Source of the DNA: an uncultured Oscillospiraceae bacterium
GTDB taxonomy: Bacteria; Bacillota; Clostridia; Christensenellales; Aristaeellaceae
Direction: 5' to 3'
Length of the DNA stretch: 64,000 nucleotides
Assembly: GCA_964549135.1 (NCBI GenBank)
Contig: CAZJUJ010000004.1
Span: 13,453-77,452 of the forward strand
The notes beneath the pieces are model-generated. The model was not told the origin of the DNA. It ran no database searches and saw nothing but the letters and a program-made list of their open reading frames with translations. Shown in pieces: positions 9,464 to 18,379 of the stretch; the stretch's first letter is position 1, and every line of letters begins with the position of its first letter. Position numbers and translations under genes: made by a program.

Positions 9464-10161
9464 GGCTGCTCGCCCATACCCCCGATCCCGAAATCACCTG
9501 CGCCCTGGCGGCCCGCACCTGCTATTCCGCTGCGGAAATGGATGCCCTTTCCCAGCAGGTGCTTGCAAAGGATCAGGCCGGGTTTCTCCGGGGCGTCATT
9601 GCCTCGGGCCATCATTCGGTGCTGGAGCATGCCTCCTTCACTTTCTCCATCGAGGGCGTATCCCGGGCGCTGCTGGCCCAATTGACCCGCCATCGCATCG
9701 CCAGCTTTTCTGTCCAGAGCCAGCGCTATGTCTCCCTTTCGGAGGGCTTTGGCTATATCATTCCCGATCGCATCAAAGCCCTGGGCCAAGAAGCAACGGC
9801 GAAATATGAGCGCCAGATGGCGCAGATGCAGACCTGGTATAACGGCTGGCAGGAAAGGCTGGGTCAGGGCGAGGGCGCCAATGAGGATGCCCGCTTCGTG
9901 CTGCCCAACGCCTGCGAAACCCATATCACCATGACCATGAACGCCCGGGAGCTATTGCATTTCTTCTCCCTGCGCTGCTGCAATCGCGCCCAGTGGGAAA
10001 TTCGGGCCATGGCCCGGGAAATGCTGCGGCTGTGCAAGCAGATTGCCCCCGTCATTTTTGAGGCCGCGGGCCCAGGCTGCGTATGCGCCGCCTGCCCCGA
10101 GGGGGCCAGAAGCTGCGGTCAGGCCAGGGAAATGCGGGAATACTTCCGCAACATGAAATAA
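9439..10161 (+). CDS. thyX: FAD-dependent thymidylate synthase
   Basis: ThyX signature RHRIASFSVQSQRY. Confidence 0.9.
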   Translation: MPQKHLRVRLLAHTPDPEITCALAARTCYSAAEMDALSQQVLAKDQAGFLRGVIASGHHSVLEHASFTFSIEGVSRALLAQLTRHRIASFSVQSQRYVSLSEGFGYIIPDRIKALGQEATAKYERQMAQMQTWYNGWQERLGQGEGANEDARFVLPNACETHITMTMNARELLHFFSLRCCNRAQWEIRAMAREMLRLCKQIAPVIFEAAGPGCVCAACPEGARSCGQAREMREYFRNMK

Positions 10162-10179
10162 GGAAAGAGGAAAGCAGCC

Positions 10180-11274
10180 ATGGCTTTTTACAAGGATTTC
10201 AATCAGAAGAAAATGACCCGCGCCGATCATCTGCGCGCCGAAAGCAAATGGGAAGAGGAGGGCACCCGCTATCGCCGCTCCTCCGCCCAGAGCGATGCCC
10301 AGCGCCGGGAAGGCAAAAACGGCGCGGGCGAGCATAACCGCCCCTATGGCGAAAAAAAGCCCTACGGCGAGCGCAAGCCCTATGGCACGCCGGGCAATTC
10401 CTTCCGCAATGAGGAGCGCGGCCCGAAAAAAAATGATCAGCGCGCCTTCCAGCCCCGGAATCAGAAATTTCAGGATCAGCCCGCCCCCCGTCAGGAGCGT
10501 CCCGCCCCTGCGCCCCGGCCCGCTCCCGCCTATGAGGAGAGCTATCTGCCCCCGGAAAATCTGCTTTCCGGCCGCAATCCCATCCGCGAGGCCATTAAGA
10601 CCGGCCGGGATATCGAAAAGCTCATGGTGGCCCGGGGCGATCTTTCCGGCACCGCCCGGGAAATCGTCGCCATGGCAAAGGAAAGGCATATCCCGGTGCA
10701 GATGGTGGAGCGCAGCCGCCTGGACGAAATCACCCGCAATCATCAGGGCATGCTGGCCTATGCCTCTGCCTATCGCTATTATGATGTAGAGGATATGCTT
10801 GCGGAGGCCCGGGAAAAGGGCGAGGCTCACTTCCTGGTGGTGCTGGACGGGGTTACCGATCCCCAGAATCTGGGGGCCATTATCCGCACCGCCGCCTGCG
10901 TGGGCGCCCATGGCGTCATCGTGCCCGAGCGCCGGGCCGTGGGGCTTACCCCCTCCGCCGTCAAGGCCTCAGCCGGCGCCATCGAAACCGTTAAGGTGGC
11001 CCGGGTAACCAATCTGACCCGTACCCTGGAAATGCTCAAGAAGCAGGGCGTATGGCTCTATGCCGCCGATATGTCGGGTGAGGATTACCGCCGGGTGGAT
11101 TTTGCCGGGCCCATGGCGCTGATTATCGGCGCGGAGGGCGAGGGCGTCAGCCGGCTGGTGCTGGATACCTGCGATCATACCGTTTCTCTGCCCATGAAGG
11201 GCGGCGTTGGCTCCCTTAATGCCTCCGTCGCCGCCGGCGTGCTGCTCTATGCCGCCCTTTCCAGCCGCTGCTGA
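10180..11274 (+). CDS. rlmB: 23S rRNA (guanosine-2'-O)-methyltransferase RlmB with ~125-aa basic low-complexity N-terminal extension
   Basis: SpoU/TrmH motifs (LDGVTDPQNLGAIIRTA, LIIGAEGEGVS, SLNASVAAGVLLY). N-terminal KPYGE/R-rich tract. Confidence 0.85.
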   Translation: MAFYKDFNQKKMTRADHLRAESKWEEEGTRYRRSSAQSDAQRREGKNGAGEHNRPYGEKKPYGERKPYGTPGNSFRNEERGPKKNDQRAFQPRNQKFQDQPAPRQERPAPAPRPAPAYEESYLPPENLLSGRNPIREAIKTGRDIEKLMVARGDLSGTAREIVAMAKERHIPVQMVERSRLDEITRNHQGMLAYASAYRYYDVEDMLAEAREKGEAHFLVVLDGVTDPQNLGAIIRTAACVGAHGVIVPERRAVGLTPSAVKASAGAIETVKVARVTNLTRTLEMLKKQGVWLYAADMSGEDYRRVDFAGPMALIIGAEGEGVSRLVLDTCDHTVSLPMKGGVGSLNASVAAGVLLYAALSSRC

Positions 11275-11299
11275 AATTCTTTGTCCTGTGGAGGTTGAC

Positions 11300-11950
11300 A
11301 TGCCTGATAATCCCTTGATGGATGAACAGCAGGAAGATGAACGCTTTCTGGATATGCCCGATGAGGAGATCGTGGTGCTGGCGCAGAATGGCGATGGCCA
11401 GGCGCTGGCTTACCTGCTCAATAAATATAAGAATTTTGTGCGCTCAAAGGCGCGCAGCTATTTTCTCATCGGCGCGGATCATGAGGATATCGTGCAGGAG
11501 GGCATGATCGGGCTCTATAAGGCGATCCGCGATTTTCAGCCCGCGCGCCTGGCCTCCTTCCGCTCCTTTGCCGAATTATGCGTCAAGCGCCAGATCATCA
11601 CCGCCATTAAGGCCGCTACCCGGCAAAAGCATGTGCCCCTCAACAGCTATGTTTCCCTCAATAAACCGCTCTATGATGAGGAATCGGATCGTACCCTGCT
11701 GGATGTGATCGAGGGCCGCGTCACAAACCCCGAGGATCTCTATATCAGCCAGGAGGATCTTTCCCGAATCCAAAGCCAGATCAGCGAAATCCTCTCCGAC
11801 CTGGAACGCCAGGTGCTGGACGCTTTCATTGATGGCAAAAGCTATCAGGAAATCGCCGAGCTGCTGGGCCGCCATGTCAAATCTATCGATAACGCCCTCC
11901 AGCGCGTTAAGCGCAAGCTCTTCAAATTCCTCGAAGAAACCGACGAGTGA
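11300..11950 (+). CDS. sigH: RNA polymerase sporulation sigma factor SigH
   Basis: ATG at 11300 after a GGAGG RBS. LLNKYKNFVRSKARSYFLIGADHEDIVQEGMIGLYKAIRDF is a typical SigH region 2. The ORF-track start at 11207 overlaps rlmB. Confidence 0.85.
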   Translation: MPDNPLMDEQQEDERFLDMPDEEIVVLAQNGDGQALAYLLNKYKNFVRSKARSYFLIGADHEDIVQEGMIGLYKAIRDFQPARLASFRSFAELCVKRQIITAIKAATRQKHVPLNSYVSLNKPLYDEESDRTLLDVIEGRVTNPEDLYISQEDLSRIQSQISEILSDLERQVLDAFIDGKSYQEIAELLGRHVKSIDNALQRVKRKLFKFLEETDE

Positions 11951-11959
11951 GCGGGGATG

Positions 11960-12470
11960 GGATACGGGATTGGAAAATCATTGCGGGAGGATGCTTTTGC
12001 GTCAAAAGCACCCTCCCGCACCCTCCCGAAAACCGCCTCTGGATGGAACAAGGATTACTTTCGCATCGTTGAATGCCAGTGAAGCAAAAGGAAGCAAGTA
12101 GTAAGGAATAAAACAGCAATGCTCTCGCCAAACAGGAGGACATCGCTGCTGCAGAACACCTGCTTGAATGCCAGTGAAACAATAGAAAATCTGCAATAAG
12201 AAGCAAAACAGCAATGCTCCATCAAACGCGGAAGCATTGCTGCTGTTTTTCTATTCGTTATTTGTTTTTGCTGATCTGGCATTCAATTTAGCAAGAACCC
12301 TCCATGAAACATCCAGAGCCGGTTTTCGGAAGGGGCGCGGGGGAACCACTTTTGACTCAAAAGTGGTTCCCCGCAAAATAATCCCCCGTTTCCTGGTTTT
12401 CGGGAGGGTGCTGGAGGGGACTTTTGACTCAAAAGTCTCCTCCCGCAAAAATCCCGTCCTTTCCCCGTCC
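11960..12470. repeat. Modular nested-palindromic intergenic repeat, copy A (modules G-H-B-C-T-C-T-C'-B'-H-B'-H-G')
   Basis: H hairpins at 11983-12019, 12337-12374 and 12413-12446. B CCCTCCCGAAAACCGCCTCTGGATG at 12021-12046, with its inverse at 12310-12335. C TTGAATGCCAGTGAAGCAAAAG at 12069-12090 and 12164-12180, with its inverse at 12265-12286. T hairpins at 12110-12151 and 12205-12250. Confidence 0.85.
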
Positions 12471-13742
12471 TCACGTCTCTCCCGTCGGCTGCGGAAGCAC
12501 CACGCTGATGCGGGTGCCGAATTCCTCCCGGGAGAAGACATCGAAATAGCCGCCGTGCTTTTCGACGATCCATTTGGCGATAGAGAGGCCCAGGCCGGTG
12601 CCGCCGCCCGCCCGGGTACGCGCAGGATCGGAGCGGAAGAAGCGGTCAAAGATCCGGTTCAGGTCTTCCTCCCTGATGCCGATGCCGTTATCCTGCACCT
12701 CAAAGCAGGGCACGCCCTCCTTCAACCGTGCGCGGAGGGTAATCCGATCCTCTTTTTCGGTATATTTCACCGCATTATCGGTAAGGATCCGTGCGGTCTG
12801 CTTAAGCATGGCGGCGTCGCCCTGCACCATAACCGGCACATCGGCCATGATCCGCCATTGCCGCTCGCCCTGAATCATGCAGGATTCCTCATAGACCTCC
12901 CGCATCATCTGGGCGATATCCACATTTTCGATGGTCAATTGATTGCGTCCGTTATCCCCCCGGGCCAGGAAGAGCAATTGCTCCACCAGCTTTTTCATAT
13001 GCGCTGTTTCGCTCTGGATGGCCTCTATCCCCTCCGCCAGAATCTTGGGGTCATCCTTCCCCCATCGGGCCAGCATATCGGCATAGCCCTGAATGACGGC
13101 AATGGGCGTGCGCAATTCATGGGAGGCATCGGATGTAAAGCGGCTCTGCTCCCGATAGGCCTCCTGCATACGCCGGAGCAGATCATTAATGGCCGCCTCC
13201 AGGCTCTGCAATTCCTTGCTCCCGGTTTTTAGCTGCACGTTTTCATTGGTGGGCGATACGGTAGCCAGGGCGCTTTCCAGATGATGCAGCTTTTCCATAT
13301 CAAACTGCGCGCGGCTCAATTCCTGCGCGGTGCGCGCCATTTTTTCCAGGGGACTGAGCAGCCGCCTGGCCTTTTTCCTGCCGGTAATGTACTGGAGCAG
13401 CAGGAGAACCGTTTCAAAGCCGCAGAGAATCGTAAAAAAGCGGCTGACGATATGAAAATAGCCTTCCCCATCCACGGTAATCCTTTCGCCCGCCGCCGTT
13501 TCAAAGGAATAGCGGATGGTTTCCGCCCGCGTTCTCAGGCTCTGCCCGCTGTCCCATTCCAGATGCCGGTAGACGCTCTCGCCGCGCCAGCCGCCGGCGG
13601 CCTCCTCCGCCGCATAGCAGAAGCCGAAAACCGATAGCCCCAATAGCAGCGCATCCACCAATAAAAGCGTAAGAAGCATCCGGAAAAACCAGACGCGGTT
13701 CATCCGCTTGGCGATGGATTTCATTCTGCGGTCATCCTTCAT
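12471..13742 (-). CDS. Sensor histidine kinase (two TM helices, HAMP-like, HisKA, HATPase)
   Basis: H-box SDASHELRTPI. N and G boxes (DNAVKYT, DNGIGI, GGTGLGLSI). Confidence 0.9.
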   Translation of the reverse strand: MKDDRRMKSIAKRMNRVWFFRMLLTLLLVDALLLGLSVFGFCYAAEEAAGGWRGESVYRHLEWDSGQSLRTRAETIRYSFETAAGERITVDGEGYFHIVSRFFTILCGFETVLLLLQYITGRKKARRLLSPLEKMARTAQELSRAQFDMEKLHHLESALATVSPTNENVQLKTGSKELQSLEAAINDLLRRMQEAYREQSRFTSDASHELRTPIAVIQGYADMLARWGKDDPKILAEGIEAIQSETAHMKKLVEQLLFLARGDNGRNQLTIENVDIAQMMREVYEESCMIQGERQWRIMADVPVMVQGDAAMLKQTARILTDNAVKYTEKEDRITLRARLKEGVPCFEVQDNGIGIREEDLNRIFDRFFRSDPARTRAGGGTGLGLSIAKWIVEKHGGYFDVFSREEFGTRISVVLPQPTGET

Positions 13743-14419
13743 GCTTCCTCCCGCAGGACATACCCCACGCCCCTTACGGTATGCAGCAGCTTCTTTTCAA
13801 AGCCCTCATCCATCTTGCTCCTGAGATAGCGGACGTATACATCCACCACATTGGTTTCCCCCATGTAGCCATAGCCCCAGACCCTTTCCAGCAATTGCTC
13901 TCTTGTCAGCACAAGGGTCTTGTTTTCCAGGAAATACTGGAGCAGGGAAAATTCCCGGCTGGTCAGTTCAATCTCCCGCCCGGCGCGCATGACCAGATGC
14001 CGGGAGGCATCCAGGGAAAGATCGCCGCAGAAAAGGGGCTTTTCCTCCTCCTGCCGGGGCGCCTGCCTGCGCAGCGCCGCCCGGATGCGGGCCAATAATT
14101 CCTCAATGGAAAAGGGCTTGGTAATGTAATCATCCGCGCCCATATCCAGCCCGGTCACCTTATCCATGACCGCATCCCGGGCAGTCAGCATAATAACAGG
14201 CAAAGAGGAGGCCCTGCGGATTCTCCGCAGCACCTCCAGGCCGTTAATCCCCGGCAGCATGATATCCAATAGCATGAGATCAAAGGATCCTTTTTCTGCC
14301 ATTTCCAGGCCGCTGCGGCCATCAAAGGCTTTTTCCACGGCATAGCCCTCATGCTGTAGCTCCAATTCAATAAATCGGGCCAGCTTTTCCTCGTCCTCCA
14401 CCAGCAGAATCCTGTCCAT
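13739..14419 (-). CDS. OmpR-family response regulator
   Basis: Receiver domain (LLVEDEEKL, DLMLLDIMLPG) plus a winged-helix C-terminus (LTSREFSLLQYFL, VRGVGY). Has a 4-nt overlap with the kinase gene. Confidence 0.9.
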   Translation of the reverse strand: MDRILLVEDEEKLARFIELELQHEGYAVEKAFDGRSGLEMAEKGSFDLMLLDIMLPGINGLEVLRRIRRASSLPVIMLTARDAVMDKVTGLDMGADDYITKPFSIEELLARIRAALRRQAPRQEEEKPLFCGDLSLDASRHLVMRAGREIELTSREFSLLQYFLENKTLVLTREQLLERVWGYGYMGETNVVDVYVRYLRSKMDEGFEKKLLHTVRGVGYVLREEA

Positions 14420-14440
14420 GGCGCATCCTTCCTTTGCGGC

Positions 14441-14944
14441 TTATTGGCGCGTGTCCCCGTCCTTCTGTACGGCGTCCGCCGCCTTATCCATCACATCATT
14501 GACCTTGGCATCCACATTCGGGCCCTGGAAGGAATAGCGTCCCCCCACAAAAAGCCCCACCACCAGCGCAATCAGCGAGGCGGGCCAGCAGAAGATCAGC
14601 AGCAGCACCAGCACCGTAATCGGCATGGAAACAATCTCTTCGCCCTTCCGATTCCTGATCAGAAACTGATTGCTGTTGCCCTTGCTGAATAGATTGCGCA
14701 GCAGATTCCATAGCTTCCGGAGCCCGTTTCTCCAGTCATGGCCCCCATCGCTCCTGCCCGCATCCCTCTTTACCTGGGTGGTGTATTCCCGGGCCGCGTC
14801 CTCGCCCTTCATCCTGCCTTCGCTTTCCAGCAGCACCAGCGCATCCAGAATATCCCAATCGCTTTTTTCCAGCGCCGCCTTGGCCTCCTCATAGCTTACA
14901 TTCGCCTTCTGCCGCAGCTTTTCTACCATTTCATAATGATCCAT
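14441..14944 (-). CDS. Membrane protein with UBA/EF-Ts-N-like N-terminal domain (DUF4342-like)
   Basis: N-terminus VSYEEAKAALEKSDWDILDALVLLE. One or two TM helices near the C-terminus. Confidence 0.6.
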   Translation of the reverse strand: MDHYEMVEKLRQKANVSYEEAKAALEKSDWDILDALVLLESEGRMKGEDAAREYTTQVKRDAGRSDGGHDWRNGLRKLWNLLRNLFSKGNSNQFLIRNRKGEEIVSMPITVLVLLLIFCWPASLIALVVGLFVGGRYSFQGPNVDAKVNDVMDKAADAVQKDGDTRQ

Positions 14945-15064
14945 ATCCTTTTCCTCCTTGGCTCTTGGCCTTCATTTCGTGGAACAAGCATAGGATAGCC
15001 CCTGAAGATGAAAAACACCGCGTGCTTTTCATTAGAAAACCATGAGAAAATGATAAGGATTCCT

Positions 15065-15113
15065 AAAAAAAGGCATGGGAGGGCCGCCCCTGCCTCCGGG
15101 GTGCCCTCCCATG
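15065..15113 (-). terminator. Intrinsic terminator downstream of the aldolase gene
   Basis: 11-bp stem CATGGGAGGGC (15074-15084) / GCCCTCCCATG (15103-15113), followed on the minus strand by T7 (15065-15071). Confidence 0.7.
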
Positions 15114-15135
15114 ATGGATTTTCGCCGGGCTTTTC

Positions 15136-15798
15136 TTAAAGCGCCTGCTGAATTGCCCGGATATGCTCCCGGGCCAGATCGGCTATGGCGGCATAGTTTT
15201 TCTCCCGCACCAATTCGGGCCGCAGCACCGTAATGCCCGTGCCCACGGCGTTAATGCCGCGGCGGAGAAATTCCGGAATGGTTTCCGGGTTCACCCCGCC
15301 GGTCGCCATCAGGGGAATATGGGGCAGAGGGCCCCGGAGATTGGTAATATAATGCATGCCCAGATCATCGGCGGGAAAAAATTTCACCATGTCCGCGCCC
15401 ATATCCCAGGCATTGCAGATTTCGGTGGCGGTGGCGGCCCCGGGGATGGAATACATGCCCAGCCGCTTGGTTTCCGCGATCACGGCCTCCTTGGTATTGG
15501 GGGCAATGATGTATTCGCAGCCCGCATCAAAGGCAGCCTGCACCTCCTGCACATTCAGCACCGTGCCCGCGCCGATATGCATGCGCCCGCCCAGCCGCTT
15601 TCTGAGTGCGGCAATCTTTTCGGCATTTTCCGCAATGCAGTTTTCCTGCCTGTGATCAAAGGTGCTTTCCAGAAAGCGCACCCCCGCATCGGCCAGCGCC
15701 TCCGCCGCATCCAGCAGCGTTTCCTTTTCCACGCCCCGGGCAATGATCACCAGTTTTTCCTTCAGCAGCAATTCAAAGGCCGTCATTTCTGATTCCAC
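15136..15798 (-). CDS. eda: KDPG / 4-hydroxy-2-oxoglutarate aldolase
   Basis: Family layout with LESTF, GAGTVL and the C-terminal GGV..N motifs. Confidence 0.8.
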   Translation of the reverse strand: MESEMTAFELLLKEKLVIIARGVEKETLLDAAEALADAGVRFLESTFDHRQENCIAENAEKIAALRKRLGGRMHIGAGTVLNVQEVQAAFDAGCEYIIAPNTKEAVIAETKRLGMYSIPGAATATEICNAWDMGADMVKFFPADDLGMHYITNLRGPLPHIPLMATGGVNPETIPEFLRRGINAVGTGITVLRPELVREKNYAAIADLAREHIRAIQQAL

Positions 15799-16553
15799 TC
15801 CTTATTGTAGGGTAAAATGCAGCAGCTGATGCCGGAATCGATGGTCAGTTCAGCGCCGGTGACCGTTTTGGCTTCATCCGAGCAGAGATAATACACCCCG
15901 GCGGCGATCTCCTCCCCAAAGGATTCGCGCCCCGCCGGATACTGGGCCCGCCGTTTTTGCGTGGTGGCCTCATCCTGCATATCCCAGCGATCGGTATGGA
16001 TCGCCCCGGCCACCAGATTATTGATCCGAATGCCCAGATGGCCCACTTCCAGCGCCAGGGCATGATTCATGGCCGCAATCGCGCCCTTGGAGGCGGCATA
16101 CAGCACCCGCCCCGGCAGGGTGGCATTGGCATGCACCGAGCCAATCAGGCAGATGGCGCTGCCGGGAGGCATGAGCTTAACGGCCTCCTGACAGCCGAAA
16201 AAGGAGCCCCGGGCATTGGCGTTCATCACCGCATCCCAATCCGCCTGAGTGGCATTAAAGATGCTCAGATCCACGCCCAGATGCGCCGCATTGGAAATAT
16301 ACGCATTCAGATGCCCAAATTCCTGCTTCACCACGGAAAAAGCTGCGCGGATGCTTTCCACGCTGGCGGGATCCATGCCCAGCCCCAGTACCCGCACGCT
16401 TGGATACTCCCTGCCCACCTGCAGGGCGGCCTCCCGGGCCTCGTCCGCGCTGCGGCTGGTAATCACGGCGTCATAGCCCTCCCGGGCAAACCGCCTGATG
16501 ATGGCAAGGCCGGTATTCCGGGCAGCGCCGGTCACAAGAACGACACGATTCAT
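15783..16553 (-). CDS. SDR-family oxidoreductase
   Basis: TGAARNTGLAI Rossmann motif and YAASKGA catalytic YxxxK. Confidence 0.85.
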   Translation of the reverse strand: MNRVVLVTGAARNTGLAIIRRFAREGYDAVITSRSADEAREAALQVGREYPSVRVLGLGMDPASVESIRAAFSVVKQEFGHLNAYISNAAHLGVDLSIFNATQADWDAVMNANARGSFFGCQEAVKLMPPGSAICLIGSVHANATLPGRVLYAASKGAIAAMNHALALEVGHLGIRINNLVAGAIHTDRWDMQDEATTQKRRAQYPAGRESFGEEIAAGVYYLCSDEAKTVTGAELTIDSGISCCILPYNKEWNQK

Positions 16554-16598
16554 GGTATCACTCTTTTCTTTCTTCTTTCTGTTCTGTTTTTTATGGAT

Positions 16599-17792
16599 TC
16601 AGCGCTTTTCGTTGGCGTATTCCAGGCCCTTAAAATAATAGATCGTATCATCCTTGGGCCGAATATCCGTAAGCGTCCCTGTATAATGCCGCAGATTCCG
16701 GGGTTTATAGGGATAGCGGGCCATTTCCTCCTCATGCACCTCAATGCCCAGGCCGGGCTTATTGCCGATGAGGATATAGCCATCCTCAAATACCACCTCT
16801 TCATCGGTAATGCTCCTGCGGAAGGAGCCATCGGTCAGCATGATTTCGTGAATCAGGAAATTGGGGGTAGCGGCAGCCAATTGCAGAATGGCGGCGTTGG
16901 AAATCGGGCCGGAGGGATTATGGAAGCTGACGGGAATATGATTGGCCTCGCACATGGCGGCAATTTTCTTGCTTTCGGAGATGCCGCCGGTGTGGAAAAT
17001 ATCCGGCTGGGCAATATCCACGCAGCCCTTGCGCAGAACATCCCAGAATTGATACTTGCCGTAGAATCTCTCCCCCGCCGCCACGGGAATCATGGAATGA
17101 TCCCGCACCCAGGCAAGGGAATCCAGATTATCCGGCACGGTGGGCTCTTCAATCAGCATGGGCTTAAAGGGGGCCAGCTGGCGGCTCATCTCCACCGCCG
17201 TATAGGGATTGAAGCGGCCATGGCATTCAATCAGCAGATCCACAAAGGGGCCCACCGCATCCCGTACCGCCCCCACAATGCGCACGGCCTTATCCATTTC
17301 CTCCAGGGAAAGGGTCATATGCGCCTTGCCGAAGGGATCCCATTTCAGCGCCTTGATGCCCATGGCTACGGTCTTTTTCGCGGCGGCGGCAAAATCCTCC
17401 GGCTCCCGGGCCCCGGTAAACCAGGCGTTGGCGTACATTTTTACTTTGTCCCGCATCCTGCCGCCCAGGAGCGCCGCCACCGGCAGATTCAGCCGCTTGC
17501 CCAGAATATCCCAGCAGGCAATTTCAATGCCGGAAAGGGCGCTCATCATCACAGGGCCGCCCTTCCAATAGGAATCGCGATAGACCTCAAACCACATTTT
17601 TTCAATTTCGCCCGGATCGCGGCCCACCACCATCCGCTTCATATCCTCCACGCAGCCCGCCAGCGCATTTTCCCTGGTGCCCAGCGAGGCCTCGCCCCAG
17701 CCGTAAAGCCCCTCGTCAGTCTCCACCTTGATAAATGTCCAGTTGGTGCGGAAGGCATCCATCGTATAGGCCCTTACATCCGTAATTTTCAT
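16599..17792 (-). CDS. Enolase-superfamily (mandelate racemase/muconate lactonizing) sugar-acid dehydratase, galactonate/mannonate dehydratase-like
   Basis: MKITDVRAY..FIKVETDEGLYGWGEASL N-terminal capping domain. Barrel domain with IEEP and FHNP motifs. Confidence 0.8.
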   Translation of the reverse strand: MKITDVRAYTMDAFRTNWTFIKVETDEGLYGWGEASLGTRENALAGCVEDMKRMVVGRDPGEIEKMWFEVYRDSYWKGGPVMMSALSGIEIACWDILGKRLNLPVAALLGGRMRDKVKMYANAWFTGAREPEDFAAAAKKTVAMGIKALKWDPFGKAHMTLSLEEMDKAVRIVGAVRDAVGPFVDLLIECHGRFNPYTAVEMSRQLAPFKPMLIEEPTVPDNLDSLAWVRDHSMIPVAAGERFYGKYQFWDVLRKGCVDIAQPDIFHTGGISESKKIAAMCEANHIPVSFHNPSGPISNAAILQLAAATPNFLIHEIMLTDGSFRRSITDEEVVFEDGYILIGNKPGLGIEVHEEEMARYPYKPRNLRHYTGTLTDIRPKDDTIYYFKGLEYANEKR

Positions 17793-17924
17793 GCTCTTTC
17801 CTCCCCCTTGTCTTTCTCAGCCTTCATTATAAACAGCCCCCTCCTGCGCCGCAAGGGCGAAAAAACGCGAAACTTTTTCCTGTATTTTGGCCCCCGAAAA
17901 ATCGGCAGACTTCAGACACCAGAT

Positions 17925-18375
17925 TCCCCATCCCCGCTTGAAAACCAAGGACGAAGGAACGGGATTTTTGCGGGAGGAGGCTTTTGTGTCAAAAGCCCCC
18001 TCCCGCACCCTCCCGAAAACCGGGGAACAAGATACGGGGAATAATTTGCGGGGGAACCACTTTTGAGTCAAAAGTGGGTTCCCCCGCACCCCCTCCGAAA
18101 ACCGGCTCTGGATGATTCATAGAGGAATATAACAAATTGAATGCCAGATCGACAAAAAGAAATAGCAACCCACAAAAACAGCAGCAATGCCTTCGCGCTT
18201 GATGAGGACATTGCTGCTTTATTCTTTACACCTATTATTCTTTTGCTTCACTGGCATTCAATCTGGTTTTTTCTTTTTGTTTCATCCAGAGCCGGTTTTC
18301 GGGAGGGTGCGGGAGGGTGCTTTTGACGCAAAAGCATCCTCCCGCAATATTTTCCCCGTCTCCCGTTTCCCATTC
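17925..18375. repeat. Modular nested-palindromic intergenic repeat, copy B (most complete: G-H-B-G-H-B-C-T-C'-B'-H-G')
   Basis: H at 17970-18006, 18048-18087 and 18309-18345. B at 18089-18114, with its inverse at 18283-18307. C at 18137-18159, with its inverse at 18241-18261. Central T hairpin at 18174-18220. Confidence 0.85.
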
Positions 18376-18379
18376 CCCG

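Noticed and set aside
11207-11299. Upstream extension of the sigH ORF that overlaps the rlmB 3' end.
   Set aside because: The ATG at 11300 has a GGAGG RBS and yields the canonical SigH N-terminus. The extension merely reads through the rlmB coding sequence in another frame.
12055-12282. Small ORFs starting MPDQQK/MPDRQK inside the intergenic repeats (12055..12282 -, 18141..18326 +, 37431..37613 -).
   Set aside because: The shared N-terminus comes from module C (ATGCCAGATCAGCAAAAA), which occurs in both orientations. Downstream similarity is at the nucleotide level, with frame changes between copies and no RBS.
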